64,000 nt of DNA. Origin: the human T2T-CHM13v2.0 reference genome, Homo sapiens. Shown here in pieces: positions 58,871 to 64,000 of the stretch (position 1 is its first letter; every line of letters starts with the position of its first letter). The translations under genes were made by a program, and so were the position numbers. The DNA is taken from the NCBI RefSeq assembly GCF_009914755.1, contig NC_060926.1. One strand, written 5' to 3'. The notes below the pieces were generated by a model, which worked only from the letters and a program-made list of their open reading frames with translations, made no database searches and was not told where the DNA came from.

Positions 58871-59556
58871 TGGTTTTTTTTTTTTTTTTTCTTAAAAAAA
58901 AGAGATCCATTTCTGAGGGCATCATCACTGAACTGGGAATATAAATTCTGAAATTTAAGTTCCTGTTTCTTAACCTTGAGTACACAGTGAAATAACAGCG
59001 GTAGTGTAATTATTGATTTTCAGGTTTTCAACTTGTACTTGTACTGTTTGTAGAGGAAACCCATCTGAAACATTCTAACATAACCTACATTTCATTGGTT
59101 CTATCCAACCACCAAATAATGCAGGAATTTCTTCAGGCATTTTATAGGGGTGCCCAGGCTACCTTGCAAATGTTTACAAACACGTTGAATTAGTTACTAG
59201 GTGAGGTTAGCCATTTCAGCAGTTTAATTTCTTCTGCTCTGGCCCCATCATCTTCACTTCCCAATTGTTTCTTAGGTCTACTCCTGCTCTGCTTCCAGCT
59301 GATCGTACTACAGCTTCTCCGAGACCCCCACTCCTCCCATCTGGCTAACCCCTGCGTCTGCAGCCCCCCACATGGTGCCTGCATAGCCCTCATCTCCCAG
59401 AATTCTGTTGTGAAGAGAAATGCCTTAAAGGGTCTATAACCTATTTTAAGATGATTCTGTGTAGACAGTGTAATAGAATGAAATTTTTCTTCCCCCTGGT
59501 GCTGTAAGTCACCTTTTGAAGCTCCCTAATTAGGAATCCACTTTCCATATCCATTG

Positions 59557-60094
59557 GAGGATTCTTCACATGAGGTCCACTGACCGCCCAGGAGTCTCAG
59601 GATAGAATTTAGGAAGTCCATCAACCGGAATGGAAAAAATTACATACTTATTTCACTATCTTTAAACTGAAAAACTGCATTTCCTTCCATTACAAAAGTA
59701 GGCAGCAAACCCCAGTAGGAGAGGAGCAGTAGCTCTGCTGTGCAGGAGTCCCAGGGACTCTCACTGATGTCCCAGTTGCTGCAGATATCTCCAAATATTT
59801 TTTACATTTGTCATCACTTCTAAATGACACTAATTATTAGATTTTCCACTAGAGCTTGTTATTTCAAGGGATAATCATGAAGCACATATATTACTATAGC
59901 ACAAATTTGATTTTTTCTAGTATTTTGAGAACTATATTTCAAAATAATTGCTTTCCTTTGCAAAGCTATGTATTTTATTTTAATTTAAAAGATTACAATA
60001 AAAGAGTAAATGCATTTTTTTTTTCAGAGAAGAGAGTCATAGCCTTCTCAGAGTGCCAAAGGAGTCCATGGCACAAAATTTTTAAGAAACCCTC
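59557..60094 (+). mobile_element. MER119 (hAT-Charlie)
   Basis: 'ggatagaatt..gttgctgcagatatctc..gccaaaggagtccatggcacaaaa'. Confidence 0.75.
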
Positions 60095-60330
60095 ATCCTT
60101 AGAAGGTTAATTATCTGAGGGATGTTAGATATTATTCTTCATTTGTAGAACGAGAGATGTTCAAGTTACGAGCTTTGCTCCTGTATCACTGGGACACAAG
60201 CATGAGAAGACCCGGTAGTACCACGCTCGCAAGTTCCACTTAGATCTTGGACCCGCTTTACATACGTCATCGTCACCTGGTCCTATAGTTGGGACGTTAC
60301 CATGTTGGCTTTTGAGTGGCCTTTTCTGGC

Positions 60331-60782
60331 ACGATGTGGGTTGAATTGTGCTCCCCCAAAATATATATTGAAATCCTAACCCCTGGCACCTATGAATGGG
60401 ACCTTTTTTGGAAACAGGGTCTTCGCAAATGGAATCGAGTTAAGAGGAAGTTATACTGGAACAGGGTGGGCCCTTGATCCAATATGACTGGTGTCCTGAT
60501 AAGAAGGGAAGAGCCACACCGAGAGAAGAATGTCACATGATGATAGAGCAGATACTAGAGTGATGCAGCTGCAAGCCAAGGAATGTGAAGGATTGCCGGC
60601 AGCAACTCGAAGCTCGGAAGAGTCAAGGGAAGATTTTACCCAGAGTCTCAGAGGGAGCCTTGCCCCGCGGACACCTTGATGTCAGACTTCTAGCCGCCAG
60701 AACTGTGAGATAATGAATTTCTGCTGCTTTTTACCATCAAGATATCATTACTTTGTTACTGCAGCCCTAGGGAACGAATCCA
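60331..60782 (+). mobile_element. MLT1C LTR
   Basis: 'gggttgaattgtg..gcaagccaaggaatg..ctttgttactgcagccctagg'. Confidence 0.85.
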
Positions 60783-62104
60783 GTGTATGGGTGCCAATAA
60801 ATGGAAAGAGGTGGGAAACCACAGAGGTCACAAAACTGGTTGTGTGACTTTGGGAACCTAGTTGCTAATGAGACCTGTACATTGCAGATTCCAGTCTGAG
60901 ACGTACAATGATTGGTACGTACCATCTGGTTGTGAGGTTTTGGGGAATGAAATATATAGCTTCCGCCCACTTCCAACTGGCAGAGCCTAGAGATACCCAA
61001 AATAGCAGTACAAATGTTGGGCCTAAAGATGGGTTTAGCTCAGCTGAAAACAGAATGCCTCTCTCCCTTTTTGTGTTACACTCGGCTAAAGCTGCTTCCA
61101 TCTCACAAATGCTTCAAGGAAAATTGCCTCCTTCCATTTTTACTCATTGTCCCTTCTTTCCCTGGGGCCCAGATATAATAAGTTCAGGGAAGGCCGGGTG
61201 CGGACCAAACTCAGTAGCAAATCTATGTTAGTTCCATGACACTCTGCCTCCTCTTCCTTTGGATGAGTTCTCTCCTAGGGAGAGCTCTATCCCTTAGGCA
61301 GAGACATAAGCAAATCTACCTATTAAGTGTGCTAGACTTCCATCTTGTCTACTTCCTAAGGGTAGGCAGGGTCTCCTCTAAGTTGGAAAATACAACAGCC
61401 TTGTTTACCTGAGAAGACAAACCATGTCGTCATATATCAGGCTACTAATTCAGACACTCATTTCAGAAGACTTTTTGAGCTTCCAGCCTCAAAGTTCTAG
61501 GGCTTTGAACTTCTTGCCTCCCTGGTTTGGATACTCAAGGAAAGGATAGTGGGGATCAAGAATCACTAGAGACAAGGACATCTCGATGCTTGAGTCAGCC
61601 AGTACGCTATAGCTGCTGCTCCTTCCCTCTTAAGTTCTATTTCCTTTGTGCTTGACTCCCTGCGTTCAATATAGACCTCCCCACTGCGATCACTACTTTC
61701 TGCTCTTGCCTGGAGATGTATCCTGAAGTCTATCCCCACTCCCAATAGATTTATATATAAAGCCTTTAAAATACATGAGAGCATTCATAAGAACCACCCA
61801 ATCTTTCAATGAATAGTTTGTCCTGGACTAAATGCAAAGTCAAATATTGAGCTCAGTAAACTTATTACACTCATGTAATCTAATCTTCAAATGTCAGAAA
61901 AATTACCTTCAACCTTTTCCTCCATTCTGGAAAGAGAAACTGCAGCTCCTTTGGCCTCATATAAAACCTTCTTCGAAGTCTCCAGTCCTGCCCTCAAATC
62001 GAGTTTGCAGTTGTTGCTCAAAATATCTACGATCTAGACTTTCGTGTTACTAAACTACTCTGCTCCATCTGGTATTTTTGGCCACTGAAGCAGCTCTCAT
62101 TATT

Positions 62105-62335
62105 GATTGATTGATTGAGATATAATTCGCATACCATGAAACCCATCTGCTTAAAATGTACAATTCAGTGATGTTTATTATGTTCACAGAGTTGTGCAAC
62201 TGTCACCACTATCTAATTCCACAACATTTTCATCAACCCTGAAGAAACCTGCACCCATTAGCAGTCACTCTTCATTCTCCTCTACCCCAGCCCTTTGCAA
62301 ACACTAATCTACTTTCTGTCCCTATGGATTTATGT
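62105..62335 (-). mobile_element. L1MB 3' end
   Basis: 'tacaattcagtg..tcacagagttgtgcaac..cactaatctactttctgtc'. Confidence 0.8.
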
Positions 62336-62384
62336 TCTTTATGTTTTTCAACCCATTTCCAATCCCAATAGTCCGATACAGTCC

Positions 62385-62500
62385 TATTACAGGTGGTTAG
62401 ACAGGCATGAGCGGGCAATGCCCCTCAGTTGAATCCTTTCTTCTGAGGAAGCAAGAACTGAGGTTGCTGCAGACCTGTAGGGATTCATTGCCAGTAACCA
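62385..62500 (+). mobile_element. Internally deleted MER50-family LTR
   Basis: LTR 5' start joined directly to a 3' end homologous to ~41932-42014. Confidence 0.65.
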
Positions 62501-63019
62501 GGACAACTTCCATCAGTAACAGTTCCAACTAATTACTTCTGTAGTGAAGGCCTACTATACCCGAGACTCGTTTGAAAGGCCGACCATATTAAATCCTTCT
62601 TACTCAAAATGTAAAGAAAGAGGAGCCGGTGGCCTTACCCATCCCTAGGAGGAGCTGGGAGACAGGGGCTAAGGAAACGTGCAGCAGCAAGTGTGAAAAA
62701 GCACTGGACACCCTCACTTGGTCAGCTTACGCCAACATTCTTTATTAGCAGTAAGGTTTCTGATAACCATGGAGAATGTTTGTCAAACTCAAGAACCTTT
62801 GTTTCTAACTCCTGGAGCATTGCTGTAGGCAGTTGCTAGCTTCCAGTGCAAATAGAAACAAACTTAAATGTTCACTGGATGAATGGAAACTTGATTCTCT
62901 TAATACAGTCCACTTGGGCTCCATTTGTCTTCACAGCAACCATTTGCTGGATTTATTGCTCAATTGACATCATTTATGCATTCCTTCTGCCAGTACCATA
63001 TTGTGTTGATTACTATAGC

Positions 63020-64000
<981 letters not shown>

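Noticed and set aside
60767-61000. FCDLCGFP resembling a HIT zinc finger
   Set aside because: Remaining Cys/His ligands are absent and the ORF runs into an MLT1C; likely chance

Overview
Primate (human/ape-like) non-coding DNA dominated by transposable elements. I find no credible host protein-coding gene, tRNA, rRNA or CRISPR array. The supplied ORFs are mostly Alu, LTR or simple-repeat read-through, plus the C-terminus of a young L1PA ORF2 at the right edge. The left half holds about 17 Alus plus old L2, MIR, L1M and hAT relics and a GCTGGTGG (Chi-octamer) minisatellite. The 32-56 kb region is an ERV-LTR hotspot (MLT1/MLT2, LTR7, MER4A x2, LTR18-like, MER50). It includes a four-level nest: L1M > MLT1 > two-LTR MER41A provirus > Alus. 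The most unusual structures are (i) a ~1 kb 'mini-HERV-H' with two different LTR7 subtypes inside one target-site duplication (TSD), (ii) an RFC1-like AAAGG/ACAGG/CAAGG pentamer array in an Alu tail, (iii) two short (~90-100 bp) non-tandem local duplications, and (iv) a strong minus-strand non-coding exon candidate. I see no evidence of a new multi-gene system. Repeat family names come from memory of consensus sequences, and boundaries are by-eye estimates.
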